In this document: positions 18,012 to 32,000 of the stretch, one piece after another
Numbering within the stretch: position 1 is the stretch's first letter
Layout: every line of letters begins with the position of its first letter
Sequence record: SDFZ01000009.1
Strand: one strand, 5' to 3'
Length of the DNA stretch: 32,000 bases
Program-made: the position numbers and the translations under genes
The notes under the pieces: generated by a model
The model's database searches: none
The model's input: only the letters and a program-made list of their open reading frames with translations
Told to the model about the DNA's origin: nothing

Positions 18012-21000
18012 TTATTACACTTTCCTTACTCAATCGCTTAAAGAAGAATTTGATTACATTTCTCCCATCGTGGACTATACAGGGCAATTAGAACTGCGTT
18101 TCCTTACTTCTGAATTTGAATTTAAGCCACCAAAACTTACAGTGACGCAAGCCAAAAAACAAGATGCCACCTATTCCTTGGGCATGTATATGCCAGTGCA
18201 ATTATGGAATCATCAAACAGGAGATATTAAACAACAAACCATTTACTTTGGCGAAATGCCTTTAATGACGGAAGATGCCACTTTTATTATCAATGGTGCT
18301 GAAAGAGTCGTCGTGAATCAAATCGTTCGTTCACCAGGAGTCTATTTTAAATCACTTTGGGATAAGCATCATGTACGTACTTTTGAAGCCACATTTATGG
18401 CCAATCGTGGAGCATGGATCAAATACGAATTAGATAAACAACGACTCTTGTGGGTACGTTTGGATAAAAATCGCAAAATGCCTTTAGCAGTATTTTTACA
18501 GGCTCTTGGTTTAACCTCACAAGAAATTTTACCTCATTTAACAGATGGAGAGATGTTTATAAGAAGTTGGGACAGTCACTGCTTGAGTAATAGTGATGCA
18601 GCATTATTAGAATTTTATAAGAAAATGCGTCCAGGTGAACCGGCGACCATTAATAGCGCGAAGCAACTGCTGTATGCCAGATTTTTTGATACCAGAAAAT
18701 ATGATCTGTCTGAAGTAGGTCGCTATAAACTTAATCAAAAATTTCAATTAGATATTCCCAATTCTGTTCGCATCCTCACCACCGCTGATTTATTAGCTGG
18801 TTTAGACTATCTTTTGCAATTATCGCTTGATCGTGCACGAGTGGATGATATTGATCATTTAGCAAACAGACGTTTGAAATGCGTAGGGGAATTATTACAA
18901 AATCAAGTGCGTATAGGTCTCAGTCGTCTAGAAAAGTTATTAAAAGAAAAAATGACCATAGGCGAAAAATTGCAACCATCTAGTCTACTTAATCCAAAAC
19001 CTTTGACTTCCTCTTTGAGAGAGTTCTTTGCATCTTCTCAACTTTCGCAATTTATGGACCAAATTAATCCTTTAGCAGAATTAACGCATAAACGTCGTAT
19101 TAGTGCTTTAGGTCCTGGTGGTCTCACTCGTGAAAGAGCTGGTTTTGCGGTACGTGATATTCACCCGAGTCATTATGGTCGAATCTGTCCCATAGAAACT
19201 CCTGAAGGCCCCAATGCAGGTCTCATTGGTTCTTTAGCCATCTTTGCTCGCGTGAATCGTTTTGGTTTTATTGAAACTCCATATTATCCGGTCCAAAACG
19301 GACGAGTTCAAAAACCAATTGTGTACTTAACAGCAGATGTGGAAGATGAGTATAGACTAGCACCAGCTGATGTACCATATGATGGTGAAGGTAAAATCCT
19401 ACAATCCACCGTAGCGGTACGTTACAGACAAGAATGGACCACTTGTGATTCATCACAAGTTGATTATATGGGGATTTCGCCCATTCAATTTATTTCTGCC
19501 GCTACATGTTTAATTCCTTTTTTAGAACATGATGATGCAAATAGGGCTTTAATGGGCTCTAATATGCAGCGACAAGCAGTGCCTTTAATTAAGGCTTCCA
19601 AACCTTTAGTCACTACAGGCCAAGAGAAATGGATGCTTCAAGGTCTATTCAGCCGCGCTGATGGCATGGTGAGGTCAGTGCATGCAAATAAGATTCGTAT
19701 AGAACATCCATATGGCATGATAGATTATGATCTCATCAAATATCATAAATCTAATCAAGACACTTGTATCGATTACCGCCCCTTAGTATGGGTAGGCGAA
19801 TATGTGCAAAAAGGACAGTTGATTGCTCAATCAGCTGCGATGGATAGCGGAGAATTGGCATTAGGACAGAATGTGCTCATCGCTTATATGCCTTGGGAAG
19901 GTTACAATTTTGAAGATGCCTTTGTCATAAGTGAACGTTTGGTCTATGAAGATTTGTATACTTCTATTCACCTTGAAAAATATGAGACAGATGCACGACA
20001 AACCAAATTAGGAAGTGAAGAAATCACACGTCAAATCCCCAATGTAGGAGAACATGCCTTACGTCAATTAGACGAACAAGGAATTATTAGTGTGGGCTCT
20101 TGGGTAGAAGCCGGTAGTATTTTAGTTGGCAAAATTACCCCGAAAGGAGAATCTGATCAACCCCCAGAAGGGAAATTATTGCGAGCCATCTTTGGTGAAA
20201 AAAACAAGCATGTAAAAGATAGCAGTTTACGCATGCCTAATGGTGCTCGTGGACGTGTGGTGCATGTAAGAATTTTAAGTAGAGAAAAAGGTGATGAATT
20301 ACCTGCCGGTGTCAATATGAGCGTACGCGTAACGATTGCAGTAAAACGTGTGATTCAAGTAGGAGATAAAATGGCGGGCCGTCATGGTAATAAAGGCATA
20401 GTGGCTCGGATTTTGCCTCGTTGCGACATGCCCTATTTACCAGATGGCACACCGGTGGATGTGATTTTGAATCCTCTAGGAGTTCCATCACGCATGAATG
20501 TAGGACAATTATTTGAAGCTTTGTTAGGTTTGGCTGCCTACCATTTAAGAAAGCGCATCAAAATTGTACCTTTTGATGAAATGTATCATAAAGAAGCTTC
20601 TAGAATTTTTGTACATCAGCAACTCAAACGTGCAAAGCTACATGTTCAGGTGCCTCTGTATGACGGTCGTTCAGGTGAATTGTTTGATAATCCAGTTACG
20701 GTTGGAATCGCTTACATGTTAAAACTGGTACATTTAGTAGATGAAAAAATTCATGCTCGTTCAACGGGACCTTATTCTTTGGTAACACAACAACCTTTAG
20801 GAGGTAGAGCCCAACATGGAGGTCAACGTTTAGGAGAAATGGAAGTATGGGCCTTAGAAGCTTACGGTGCAGCTTACACATTACAAGAATTACTTACCTT
20901 AAAATCAGATGATATGGAAGGACGTACTGCCACTCTCAATGCCATCGTGAAAGCTCAACCCATTCCGAAAGGAGGAACTCCAGAATCGTTTAAAGTGCTC

Positions 21001-21090
21001 ATGAGAGAATTACAAGCATTAGGTTTAGATGTGACTGTGTTGCAATTAGAATCTCAAAGTTTATGTGCGATGCAATACAAATTAGATTAG
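17980..21090 (+). CDS. rpoB: DNA-directed RNA polymerase beta subunit
   Basis: 1036-aa ORF, colinear with beta-subunit motifs ([47 protein letters not shown]). Confidence 0.98.
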
Positions 21091-24000
21091 CTTCTCCAGA
21101 ACGAATTCGTAGCTGGGCAGAACGTGTGTTACCGAATGGCCAAGTGGTAGGCGAAGTCACAAAACCAGAAACCATCAATTATCGTACCTTAAAACCTGAA
21201 ATGGATGGTTTATTTTGTGAACGTATTTTTGGTCCAGTCAAAGACTGGGAATGTCATTGTGGAAAATATAAGCGAGTACGCTATAAAGGCATCGTATGTG
21301 AACGATGTGGGGTGGAAGTGACCGAGTCGAAAGTCAGACGTCATAGAATGGGATACATTGAATTAGCAGCAGTGGTCTCCCATGTGTGGTACTTAAAAGG
21401 TCCCCCAAGTTATTTAGGTTTATTTTTAAATATGCCATCTTCAGAAGTGGAACAGGTCATCTATTTTCATTCTTATGTGGTGTTGCAATCCACAACAGAA
21501 TTAGTCAAACCTAAGCAATTATTATCTGAGGATGAACTGATTGTATTAGAGGAACGTATGGCCAGTCAACCTTTTCAAGTGGGTATAGGAGCGCAAGCCA
21601 TTCAATATTTATTGCAACAATTAGACGTAGACATGGAGATCCGACTATGCAGAGATGAATTATTCCATGCCAGATCATCAAAACGAGAAAAAGTGATGAA
21701 ACGTTTGCGCATCTTAGATAATTTTGCCAGCACGGGAGCCGATGCAAGTTGGATGGTGTTAAGTGTGTTGCCAGTGATTCCTCCTGACCTCAGACCAATG
21801 GTGCAGTTAGATGGTGGACGATTTGCTACTTCTGATCTGAATGATCTTTACCGTCGTGTCATTAACCGAAATAATCGTTTAAAGCGTTTACAGGAAATCT
21901 TGGCGCCAGAGATTATTATTCGTAATGAAAAACGTATGTTACAAGAGGCGGTGGATGCTTTAATGGACAATGGCAGAAGAGGAAGAAGCGTAGTTGGAGC
22001 GAATAATCGAGCCTTAAAATCATTATCTCATATCTTGGAGGGTAAACAGGGACGTTTTAGACAAAATCTGCTAGGCAAACGTGTAGACTATTCAGGTCGT
22101 TCAGTGATTGTGGTGGGACCAGAATTAAAACTCTATCAATGCGGTCTACCTAAAGAAATGGCGTTAGAATTGTTCCAACCTTTTGTTATACAACGTTTGA
22201 TGGCCCAGGGGCTAGCCAATAATATGAAAGCCGCCAAAAAAATTATTCAACGCAAAGAAGCTATCGTGGATCAAATCTTATATCAGGTAGTGAAAGCACA
22301 TCCTGTGTTACTGAATCGTGCACCCACTTTGCATCGATTGGGGATTCAAGCATTTGATCCTGTGCTAGTTGATGGGCGTGCCATTCAATTGCATCCCCTA
22401 GTGTGTGCGGCATTTAACGCGGATTTTGATGGAGATCAAATGGCTGTGCATGTGCCTTTATCCGTTGAAGCTCAAGCTGAAGCACGTCTATTAATGCTTT
22501 CCGTGAATAATTTTTTGTCACCAGCAACGGGAGATCCCATCATCATGCCTACACAGGACATGGTCATAGGTTGTTATTATCTTACGGCGAGTAATCCAGC
22601 TAATCAGAGTATGCAATCTCATTATATGGCCGATTTTGAACATGTATTAATGGCTTATGAACAAAAGCAAATAGGTTTGCATACCTGGGTGTGGGTACGT
22701 GTAAGTGAAGATTTGTCCATCAAGTTACCTGCAGGTGCTAAAAAAGAAGATTGGATTCAATGCCGGCCTAATAGCACCTTTCTTAAGACCACAGCTGGTC
22801 GAATTATCTTTTATCAACACACTGGCATTTCTTTCCTCAACTTCACCATTACCAAATCACACTTAAGAGATTTGATGAAAACTGTTTATCACTCAAAAGG
22901 GATGGCTCATGCTACCCAATTAGCTGATGAATTAAAACAATTAGGTTTTCGCTACGCCACCATTTGTGGCCTATCATTAGGGATCGAAGATTTAAGAGTA
23001 GCGCCATCTAAACAAATGATTTTCCAGTGGGCACAGCAAGCAATTGAACAAGCGGAACACCGTTGGCAAAGGGCGGAAATTACACATGTGGAAAAATTTC
23101 ACAAAGTAGTTGATACCTGGACAGAAGCATCTGAAACGTTAAAACAAGAGGTGGTGAGATATTATCAATATACCGACCCACTCAATCCTGTTTATATGAT
23201 GGCATTTTCAGGCGCCCGAGGAAACTTATCTCAAGTGCGACAGTTAGTTGGAATGAGAGGATTAATGGCAGATCCACATGGTCAGTTAATAGATCTGCCC
23301 ATCCTATCTAATTTTAGAGAAGGCTTGACAGTCACAGAATATTTAATTTCTTCATATGGAGCTCGTAAAGGTTTAGTGGATACTTCTTTACGTACAGCCG
23401 ATTCAGGTTATCTTACTCGCCGACTGGTGGATGTGGCTCAAGATGTGATTATTCGCCAAACGGATTGTGGAACTTTGAGAGGGTTAATCGTGACCGTTTC
23501 GACGGCGGTGATAGGACGAGTATTAGCACAAGATATCAATAAAAACATGAAGCGTAATCAACTCATTACATCTCACATGGTAGATGAGTTAAACGCTTTA
23601 GGTATCAAAGAGATCACTGTCCGTTCGCCTTTAACTTGTGAAGCGTTACGTTGTATCTGTCAATTATGTTATGGAGCAAATTTAGCCTATGGCACTATGG
23701 TAGATTTAGGAGAAGCTGTTGGCATCATAGCCGCTCAATCAATAGGCGAGCCTGGTACTCAATTAACCATGCGAACTTTTCACACTGGTGGAGTATTTAC
23801 TTCAGCTCAAACAGCTTCTATTCGTGCCAATATGGATGGCTTAGTATCTTATGAGGGGAAGCTCAAACCTATTCGTACTCGTCATGGAGAACAAGCGTTA
23901 CTTCTAGAAACGCCTACCCAACTTATTTTAGGTAATCAACCTCCCTATCAATTAGAAACTGGCACTGTTCTTTTAGTGAAATCAGGTCAATATGTCAAAG

Positions 24001-26126
24001 CCAATAGTTTATTAGCCTATTTACCTACTGCTACTCGTTTTGAAAAAGCTACCAAAAGTGTTTTCGCAGATTTAGCAGGTGAAATTCATTTCGATCATTT
24101 AGAATTAGATCAAAACTTAGTTAAGACCGAAGGGCTAATTTGGATTAAATCGGGACGTATGCTTCATTTGCCAGCTGGTGCAGAATTATTAGTATCTCAT
24201 GGACAAGAAGTCAAAAGTGGAGATGTGATTGCACAATCTCTCTTGCGTTCGCGTGCCAAAGGAATCGTTCAAATTCATCCCAATCAGTTGGAATTGATTT
24301 TGGATCGTTTAACGTTCAAACTGAATGCCAACAATGGTTTAGAGACCTGTGTAGGAAGTTTTCATCTTCATGCACATGATAAATGTACAGATGGACAAGT
24401 GGTGGCAGAAAGATTTGAGTCCAATTATCAAACTCCCACAGGGGGACAAATTTTTCATAAAAATGGTGAAATTTGGTTAGTGCCAGCAGCCATTTACGAA
24501 GTAAGCTCACAAAAAGATTTGGTAGATGTAAAACAAGGACAATTTATTCTGGCGAATCAACGTCATATATGTGGAGTGAAAAATGAGATGAGCGGTTGGG
24601 TTCAATTGGTGAAGCAGAATGAAGTGATTAAGGAAGTTCGCATTCGACCAGGTATTTATCTACCTAATGTCATGGCACATGAGGTAGGTTTTGTGCAACC
24701 CAATGTAGAGTTATGTTCACCATTGACTACTGATGCGCTTTGTTATGTTGAAGAATATGAACAAGGTATACTCATTTCTCCAGTCTATAGATATCCTGCT
24801 GCTTCAGCGCCAAAAGTGCTGGCCAAATCTCGTTGGTTAAGTATAGTGATGTATCAAACCTGTATGTTTCAGCATCAGCAATGGATCAAATCATACAAGA
24901 AAGTGTATTTGATGAGATCTCAATTGCAGCTCAAACTGTCTTCTGAAGCTCCCATGAATCAAATAGGGGTTTATAAAGATTCATCCATATGGCAATGGCG
25001 ATTATCTCACTTTTGGAATTTCAAATTTCAACCGTCTCAAATCATCAAATGGTTAGTCAAACATAATCAATCTGTAGAAAGCGAAACGCCTTTAGCACAA
25101 ATTCAATTGGTTTCGGCTTACAGTGGGCAAGTACGCATCAGTGATCATCGTGTTTTAATCGTATCTGATCAAGATGTGATAACCTATCAGATAGGAGAAC
25201 ATCATTTCCAAGTGGGTGATGTGATTCGAATTGGAGATAAGTTAAATCATCATCTCACGGCAAAAACTTCTTGTTTTGTCATAGCGGCAGGTCCAACACA
25301 TATTCAAGTACGCGTAGCAAAAGGATATTTTTTGTCCAATGAAACCATATGTTATGTAAAGGATGGTGATTTAGTAGATGAAGGTGATCATTTAGCTTCA
25401 TTAGTCTTTGAACAAATTAAAACTGGCGATATTATTCAAGGTTTACCTCGTATTGAAGAAATCTTGGAGGCACGCAAACCTAAATCCAGTTGTGAGATGG
25501 CACAATTTGATGGCGTAGTACAAAATCAATGTCTCTTATGTGATAATGGTTTTATACAACATGTCAAAGCTAGTTTGATCTTAAGTGAAGCTACTCGTGT
25601 GCAAGCAGGCGATGCGTTGACCGAAGGAGCGATTAACCCACATGAGTTATTGCAAATTGATTTTAGCAATGCCCTGCAACACATGACTTTAGCAGAAGCA
25701 GCTCGTTATAGTTTCTTCAAATTGCAAGCTCATCTACTTCATCAAATTCAACAAGTTTATCAATCACAAGGAGTTGAAATTGCAGATAAGCATATAGAGG
25801 TAATCTTACGCCAAATGACTTCAAAAGTCGTATTAGAAGATGCAGGGGATAGTGATTTTTTACCAGGCGAATTAGTGTATCTCAATGAAATAGAAAACAT
25901 CAATAACTCTCTTCTTCGCCCCGCTCTCTATCGACCCATCTTGTTAGGTATTACTAAAGCTGCTTTAAATACAGAAAGTTTTATTTCAGCGGCGAGTTTC
26001 CAAGAAACTACAAGGATTCTGGCTCAAGCAGCTATAGAAGGTCAAATTGATGAGTTACGAGGTTTAAAAGAAAATGTGATCATGGGTAGATTAATTCCAG
26101 CTGGCACAGGAGCCAATTATTTATGA
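21063..26126 (+). CDS. rpoC1/rpoC2: DNA-directed RNA polymerase beta-prime: rpoC1-like and rpoC2-like regions in one continuous ORF
   Basis: 1687-aa uninterrupted ORF. The zinc-binding N-terminus CHCGKYK...CERCG and the catalytic [12 protein letters not shown] (aa ~451-462) lie in the rpoC1-type part. The rpoC2-type part follows from about aa 590 ([24 protein letters not shown], trigger-loop and C-terminal GRLIPAGTG), with no stop between them. Confidence 0.95.
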   Translation: MCDAIQIRLASPERIRSWAERVLPNGQVVGEVTKPETINYRTLKPEMDGLFCERIFGPVKDWECHCGKYKRVRYKGIVCERCGVEVTESKVRRHRMGYIELAAVVSHVWYLKGPPSYLGLFLNMPSSEVEQVIYFHSYVVLQSTTELVKPKQLLSEDELIVLEERMASQPFQVGIGAQAIQYLLQQLDVDMEIRLCRDELFHARSSKREKVMKRLRILDNFASTGADASWMVLSVLPVIPPDLRPMVQLDGGRFATSDLNDLYRRVINRNNRLKRLQEILAPEIIIRNEKRMLQEAVDALMDNGRRGRSVVGANNRALKSLSHILEGKQGRFRQNLLGKRVDYSGRSVIVVGPELKLYQCGLPKEMALELFQPFVIQRLMAQGLANNMKAAKKIIQRKEAIVDQILYQVVKAHPVLLNRAPTLHRLGIQAFDPVLVDGRAIQLHPLVCAAFNADFDGDQMAVHVPLSVEAQAEARLLMLSVNNFLSPATGDPIIMPTQDMVIGCYYLTASNPANQSMQSHYMADFEHVLMAYEQKQIGLHTWVWVRVSEDLSIKLPAGAKKEDWIQCRPNSTFLKTTAGRIIFYQHTGISFLNFTITKSHLRDLMKTVYHSKGMAHATQLADELKQLGFRYATICGLSLGIEDLRVAPSKQMIFQWAQQAIEQAEHRWQRAEITHVEKFHKVVDTWTEASETLKQEVVRYYQYTDPLNPVYMMAFSGARGNLSQVRQLVGMRGLMADPHGQLIDLPILSNFREGLTVTEYLISSYGARKGLVDTSLRTADSGYLTRRLVDVAQDVIIRQTDCGTLRGLIVTVSTAVIGRVLAQDINKNMKRNQLITSHMVDELNALGIKEITVRSPLTCEALRCICQLCYGANLAYGTMVDLGEAVGIIAAQSIGEPGTQLTMRTFHTGGVFTSAQTASIRANMDGLVSYEGKLKPIRTRHGEQALLLETPTQLILGNQPPYQLETGTVLLVKSGQYVKANSLLAYLPTATRFEKATKSVFADLAGEIHFDHLELDQNLVKTEGLIWIKSGRMLHLPAGAELLVSHGQEVKSGDVIAQSLLRSRAKGIVQIHPNQLELILDRLTFKLNANNGLETCVGSFHLHAHDKCTDGQVVAERFESNYQTPTGGQIFHKNGEIWLVPAAIYEVSSQKDLVDVKQGQFILANQRHICGVKNEMSGWVQLVKQNEVIKEVRIRPGIYLPNVMAHEVGFVQPNVELCSPLTTDALCYVEEYEQGILISPVYRYPAASAPKVLAKSRWLSIVMYQTCMFQHQQWIKSYKKVYLMRSQLQLKLSSEAPMNQIGVYKDSSIWQWRLSHFWNFKFQPSQIIKWLVKHNQSVESETPLAQIQLVSAYSGQVRISDHRVLIVSDQDVITYQIGEHHFQVGDVIRIGDKLNHHLTAKTSCFVIAAGPTHIQVRVAKGYFLSNETICYVKDGDLVDEGDHLASLVFEQIKTGDIIQGLPRIEEILEARKPKSSCEMAQFDGVVQNQCLLCDNGFIQHVKASLILSEATRVQAGDALTEGAINPHELLQIDFSNALQHMTLAEAARYSFFKLQAHLLHQIQQVYQSQGVEIADKHIEVILRQMTSKVVLEDAGDSDFLPGELVYLNEIENINNSLLRPALYRPILLGITKAALNTESFISAASFQETTRILAQAAIEGQIDELRGLKENVIMGRLIPAGTGANYL

Positions 26127-26788
26127 TGAAAATTCAACAATTGTTGGATGCAGGAGTTCATTTAGGACATCAAGCCAAACGGTGGAATCCTAAAATGTTA
26201 CCTTATCTCTATACCCAAAGGATGGGGATTCATATCATTGACTTAGTTCAAACAGCACATTTATTGAATCAAGCTTGTGAGATTTTAACCGCTCAAGTAA
26301 GTGAAGGTAAACGAATTTTATTTGTTGGAACAAAACCACAGGCTTCCATTGTGGTAGAAGAACAAGCCACTCGTTGTGGTGAATTTTTTATTCATCAACG
26401 TTGGCTAGGAGGTTTACTCACCAATTGGACAACCGTTCAAAGTCGTTTGCAAAGATGGCGTCAATTGTTGGAAGCCAAATTTGATCATTTAACCAAAAAG
26501 GAAGCTTCCGCATTAAAAAGGGAACTCAATCAACTCAACAGACAGATGAGAGGAATTCAACACATGGATCAATTACCTAATCTGGTCATTGTCGTTGATC
26601 CAAATAAAGAAAATACGGCCGTATTGGAATGTCGCAAGTTAGGTATTTTCACCATAGGCTTAGTAGATACCAATGCGGACCCTGAAGCGGTCGATTTAGC
26701 GATTCCTGCCAATGATGATGCCATTGCTTCCATTCAATTAATTTTATCTTGTTTAGCTGACGCCATTCTTAAAGCCAAAAAATTATGA
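26123..26788 (+). CDS. rps2: 30S ribosomal protein S2
   Basis: [19 protein letters not shown]...IHIIDL...FVGTK...[11 protein letters not shown] matches S2. Confidence 0.95.
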   Translation: MMKIQQLLDAGVHLGHQAKRWNPKMLPYLYTQRMGIHIIDLVQTAHLLNQACEILTAQVSEGKRILFVGTKPQASIVVEEQATRCGEFFIHQRWLGGLLTNWTTVQSRLQRWRQLLEAKFDHLTKKEASALKRELNQLNRQMRGIQHMDQLPNLVIVVDPNKENTAVLECRKLGIFTIGLVDTNADPEAVDLAIPANDDAIASIQLILSCLADAILKAKKL

Positions 26789-27378
26789 AAGATTTAGTAC
26801 AGCAATTGAGAAAAAATACAGGCGCAGGTGTGATGGATTGTAAAAAAGCACTACAAGAAGCCCAAGGCGATTTATCACAAGCCATGAACTTGCTTAGAAA
26901 AAAGGGTTTAGCAAAGGCTGAACAGAAACGCACAAGAAGTACTGCCAATGGTCGAATAGAAAGTTATGTGCATGCCGGCCATCGTCTAGGAGTGTTATTG
27001 GAACTGAATTGTGAAACTGATTTCGTGGCTAAAAGTGAACCTTTTCAACAGCTAGCTAAGAATTTAGCGATGCAAATTGCAGCGAATGAAGAAGTCAAAT
27101 ATCTCAAGTGGGAAGATATCCCCCTCAATGTCATAGAAAGTATGAAAACACACTATGAAGCGGAAATATCTAATAAACCGGCGCATATGCAACAAGAAAT
27201 TTTAGATGCCAAGGTGAAAAAACATTTATTAAAACAGTGTTTATTAGAGCAACCGTATATCAAAGATGAGCAATTCACTGTAGATGAACTCATTCGTACC
27301 GTCATCGCACAGGTGGGAGAAAATATAAGGTTAACGAGATTCGTTCGTTTTGCTTTAGGAGAACAAACACATGATTGA
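26785..27378 (+). CDS. tsf: Translation elongation factor Ts
   Basis: [44 protein letters not shown]...[10 protein letters not shown] matches EF-Ts. Confidence 0.93.
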   Translation: MKDLVQQLRKNTGAGVMDCKKALQEAQGDLSQAMNLLRKKGLAKAEQKRTRSTANGRIESYVHAGHRLGVLLELNCETDFVAKSEPFQQLAKNLAMQIAANEEVKYLKWEDIPLNVIESMKTHYEAEISNKPAHMQQEILDAKVKKHLLKQCLLEQPYIKDEQFTVDELIRTVIAQVGENIRLTRFVRFALGEQTHD

Positions 27379-28063
27379 GGTAGGAACACATTGGAACTGG
27401 ACGATAGCTGGAGTGCATTTGCATGGACAAGTATTATTGGAATCTTGGTTAGTCATATCGATCTTACTTGTGCTTAGCTGGAAAGCCACTTCTTCATTGA
27501 CCTTAATTCCAAAAGGAATACAAAATTTGGCGGAATATGTGGTAGAGTTTCTAGTGGATATAGCTAAAAGTCAGATAGGCAGTAAACATTATCAATCTTG
27601 GGTCAGTTTTATATCCACTTTGTTTCTGTTCATTTTTGTATCCAATTGGATAGGGGCTTTAATTCCATGGAAATTGATTCATTTACCTTCGGGAGAGTTG
27701 GCGGCTCCAACGAATGATATTAATACCACAGTAGCATTGGCGTTGTTAACATCTGGTGCTTATTTTTATGCAGGGATAAAATCTAAAGGAGTACGTTATT
27801 TTGCACGTTATGTATCTCCCACACCTATTTTATTACCGATTAACATCTTAGAAGATTTTACCAAGCCGCTTTCTTTAAGTTTTCGTTTATTTGGAAATGT
27901 GGTGGCAGATGAGTTGGTGGTATCTGTGTTTACCATGTTGGTTCCTATTTTAGTGCCATTACCCGTGATGATTTTGGGTTTATTTGCCAGCTCCATTCAA
28001 GCATTAATTTTTGCCACCCTAGCAGCAGCGTATATAGGAGAGGCACTAGAAGAAGCTCATTGA
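27371..28063 (+). CDS. atpI: ATP synthase CF0 subunit a (IV)
   Basis: Polytopic ORF with [16 protein letters not shown] (the essential Arg motif) and APTNDINTT. Confidence 0.95.
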   Translation: MIEVGTHWNWTIAGVHLHGQVLLESWLVISILLVLSWKATSSLTLIPKGIQNLAEYVVEFLVDIAKSQIGSKHYQSWVSFISTLFLFIFVSNWIGALIPWKLIHLPSGELAAPTNDINTTVALALLTSGAYFYAGIKSKGVRYFARYVSPTPILLPINILEDFTKPLSLSFRLFGNVVADELVVSVFTMLVPILVPLPVMILGLFASSIQALIFATLAAAYIGEALEEAH

Positions 28064-28357
<294 letters not shown>

Positions 28358-28365
28358 GACAAACA

Positions 28366-28387
28366 TGCTGGAACATTTGTTCCAGCA
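28366..28387 (+). promoter_or_regulatory. Stem-loop in atpH-atpG spacer (possible RNA stability/processing element)
   Basis: TGCTGGAAC, loop ATTT, GTTCCAGCA gives 9 bp. No U-tract follows. Confidence 0.4.
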
Positions 28388-28401
28388 ATTATAGAAATCA
28401 T

Positions 28402-28830
28402 ATGAGTGCAGGTTTATTTGATTTTAATGCCACTTTACCCGTCATGGGATTGCAAGTATTGTTGTTGAGTTGGTTATTACAACAGTTTTTGTATTCACCA
28501 ATTCAACGTATCATACAAGAAAGGCAAACCACTATTCAGCAACAATTACAACTAGCCGCAGATCAATTAGAAAAAGCTCAACAATTGACTTTAGAATATC
28601 AAAGCCAATTGCAGCAGGCACGTGAAGAGGCACGAAATCGGATTCGAAAAGTGCAACAAGAAGCACAAGCGATGATGGAGGAACAATTAAAGCAAGCTCA
28701 ACAACAAATGACGCAAGTATTCAATGATGCTATGCAACAACTAGCACAACAAAAACAACAAGCTTTAAACACTTTATCTAGTCAGGTGGATGAAATGGCG
28801 CATCTGATTTTGAGCAAATTGATGAGGTAA
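28402..28830 (+). CDS. atpG: ATP synthase CF0 subunit b' (II)
   Basis: MSAGLFDFNATLPVMGLQVLLL... has the b'-type LFDFNATLP N-terminus, followed by a single TM helix and a long coiled coil. The order atpI-H-G-F-D-A supports the call. Confidence 0.85.
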   Translation: MSAGLFDFNATLPVMGLQVLLLSWLLQQFLYSPIQRIIQERQTTIQQQLQLAADQLEKAQQLTLEYQSQLQQAREEARNRIRKVQQEAQAMMEEQLKQAQQQMTQVFNDAMQQLAQQKQQALNTLSSQVDEMAHLILSKLMR

Positions 28831-28834
28831 CCAC

Positions 28835-29285
28835 ATGATCTTAGAAAGTAATTTGATCAATTTGTTGATTTTGATTTTCATCTTAGTGCGTTTTGCCCGT
28901 CAGGTGGTGGGTGAAATTTTATGGCAAAGACAACAGCAAGTGATGCAAGCATTAGCAGATGCACAACAACGCTTGGCACAGGCTGAACAACAATTCAAGT
29001 CTGCAGAACAAGATTGGCTACAAACTCAGAATCAAATTCAGCAAATTGAACAAGAAGCTAGCCAGACCGCTGAAGCTGTAAGGCAGTACTGGTTGCAACA
29101 AGCGAATGAAGCCATTGCGCAATTGAAAGTTCAAACTAATCAAAGTTTACATAACGCCTCTAAACAAGTGGCCAAACAAATCAAACAAACTTTCATTGAG
29201 CTAGCAATCAATAAGGTGAAACAAACCCCTGTAGATGGTGAGGTCATTTTAGATCGACATATTTCCTCATTAACGCAGCAATATT

Positions 29286-29305
<20 letters not shown>
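28835..29305 (+). CDS. atpF: ATP synthase CF0 subunit b (I)
   Basis: It has an N-terminal TM helix (NLINLLILIFILV) plus a coiled coil, and sits in the operon position between atpG and atpD. Confidence 0.85.
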
Positions 29306-31556
<2,251 letters not shown>

Positions 31557-31564
31557 AGAAAAAA

Positions 31565-31570
31565 CCTCCT
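31565..31570 (-). promoter_or_regulatory. Shine-Dalgarno AGGAGG for ftrB
   Basis: The minus strand reads AGGAGG, then an 8-nt spacer, then the ftrB ATG. Confidence 0.5.
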
Positions 31571-31575
31571 ATAAT
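31570..31575 (+). promoter_or_regulatory. Candidate -10 box (TATAAT) immediately upstream of psaI
   Basis: A perfect TATAAT ends 6 nt before the psaI ATG, which would imply a near-leaderless transcript if used. Confidence 0.3.
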
Positions 31576-31581
31576 AAAAGT

Positions 31582-31680
31582 ATGTCTGCTTCATATCTAC
31601 CATCTATCTTAGTTCCCACAGTAGGATTAATCCTACCTTTCGCCACCATGGCTATTTTATTTGTAGCTATTGAGAAATGA
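31582..31680 (+). CDS. psaI: Photosystem I subunit VIII (PsaI)
   Basis: Hand translation gives [32 protein letters not shown], matching the PsaI pattern (S/A)YLPxILVPxVGLxxPxxxMxxLFxxIE. Confidence 0.85.
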   Translation: MSASYLPSILVPTVGLILPFATMAILFVAIEK

Positions 31681-31717
31681 GATAGCCAACCTAAAATAGG
31701 TTGGCTATCTTTTTTTT
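31681..31717. terminator. Intrinsic-terminator-like hairpin plus T-run between psaI and convergent psbJ
   Basis: GATAGCCAACC, loop TAAAATA, GGTTGGCTATC (11 bp), followed by TTTTTTTT. It begins directly after the psaI stop. Confidence 0.65.
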
Positions 31718-31719
31718 GT

Positions 31720-31839
31720 TTATAATGAAGAGCCTAAACCAGAGTAAGAACCATAAATGAAAAGACCTAGTACTGTCAAAACAGCGATCCCTCCAATAGT
31801 AACTACAAGCCATAAAGGAACTCTACCAGTGCTTGCCAT
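31720..31839 (-). CDS. psbJ: Photosystem II protein PsbJ
   Basis: The reverse complement translates to [39 protein letters not shown]. Confidence 0.93.
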   Translation of the reverse strand: MASTGRVPLWLVVTIGGIAVLTVLGLFIYGSYSGLGSSL

Positions 31840-31851
31840 AAATTGTGCTCC

Positions 31852-31968
31852 TTAATTGAAGAAATAACTAGAAAATAAGACCGCTAGAACAAAAATACAT
31901 AACAGTCCCCAATAAAGCGAAGTTCGATTTAATTCGACCGGTTGTTTGTTTGGATTTGGTCCACTCAT
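31852..31968 (-). CDS. psbL: Photosystem II protein PsbL
   Basis: The reverse complement translates to [38 protein letters not shown]. Confidence 0.95.
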   Translation of the reverse strand: MSGPNPNKQPVELNRTSLYWGLLCIFVLAVLFSSYFFN

Positions 31969-31971
31969 AGA

Positions 31972-32000
31972 TTAACGTTGAATAAATTGCATGGCAGTGA
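31972..32000 (-). CDS. psbF: Cytochrome b559 beta subunit (PsbF), C-terminal fragment at window edge
   Basis: The reverse complement ends ...TAMQFIQR*, the conserved PsbF C-terminus, and lies upstream of psbL-psbJ. Confidence 0.8.

Noticed and set aside
19268-24510. ORFs antisense to or out of frame with rpoB/rpoC: 19268-19456, 20696-20881, 21511-21747, 23651-23854 and 24316-24510.
   Set aside because: They are shadow ORFs within very long conserved CDSs.

Overview
This window is a nearly gap-free stretch of a red-algal-type plastid genome. It contains the complete rps3-to-rps10 ribosomal protein/str cluster in the canonical red-algal order (with secY, rpoA and tufA). It also contains petF, atpE-atpB, ycf3, psaF-psaJ, the phycobiliprotein gene apcD, psbX, accD, psbV, petJ and rpl33-rps18. 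Further on are rps20, rpoB, rpoC, rps2, tsf, atpI-H-G-F-D-A, ftrB, psaI and the end of psbEFLJ. A phycobiliprotein together with ftrB, tsf, accD, petJ and ycf38/52/63-type genes points to a rhodophyte plastid. The pervasive gene overlaps, shortened proteins and only moderately AT-rich sequence (judged by eye, not computed) resemble Cyanidiophyceae, possibly a Cyanidioschyzon-like plastome; that attribution is from memory and unverified. I call 56 CDSs (3 partial or doubtful), 5 tRNAs and 1 SRP RNA. The code is standard, with TGA used as a stop. I see no rRNA, CRISPR array, mobile element, large repeat or defence-like island, and no evidence for an undescribed multi-gene system. The features most worth a second look are: (1) rpoC1 and rpoC2 form one uninterrupted 1687-codon ORF; (2) a roughly 62-nt plastid SRP (4.5S-like) RNA lies in the apcD-trnL spacer; (3) a tRNA-Leu(GAG)-like gene lacks the long variable arm; (4) rps18 is reduced to a 34-codon remnant; (5) a truncated ycf38-like permease and an orphan 75-codon ORF; (6) extreme gene overlap, including convergent overlaps.
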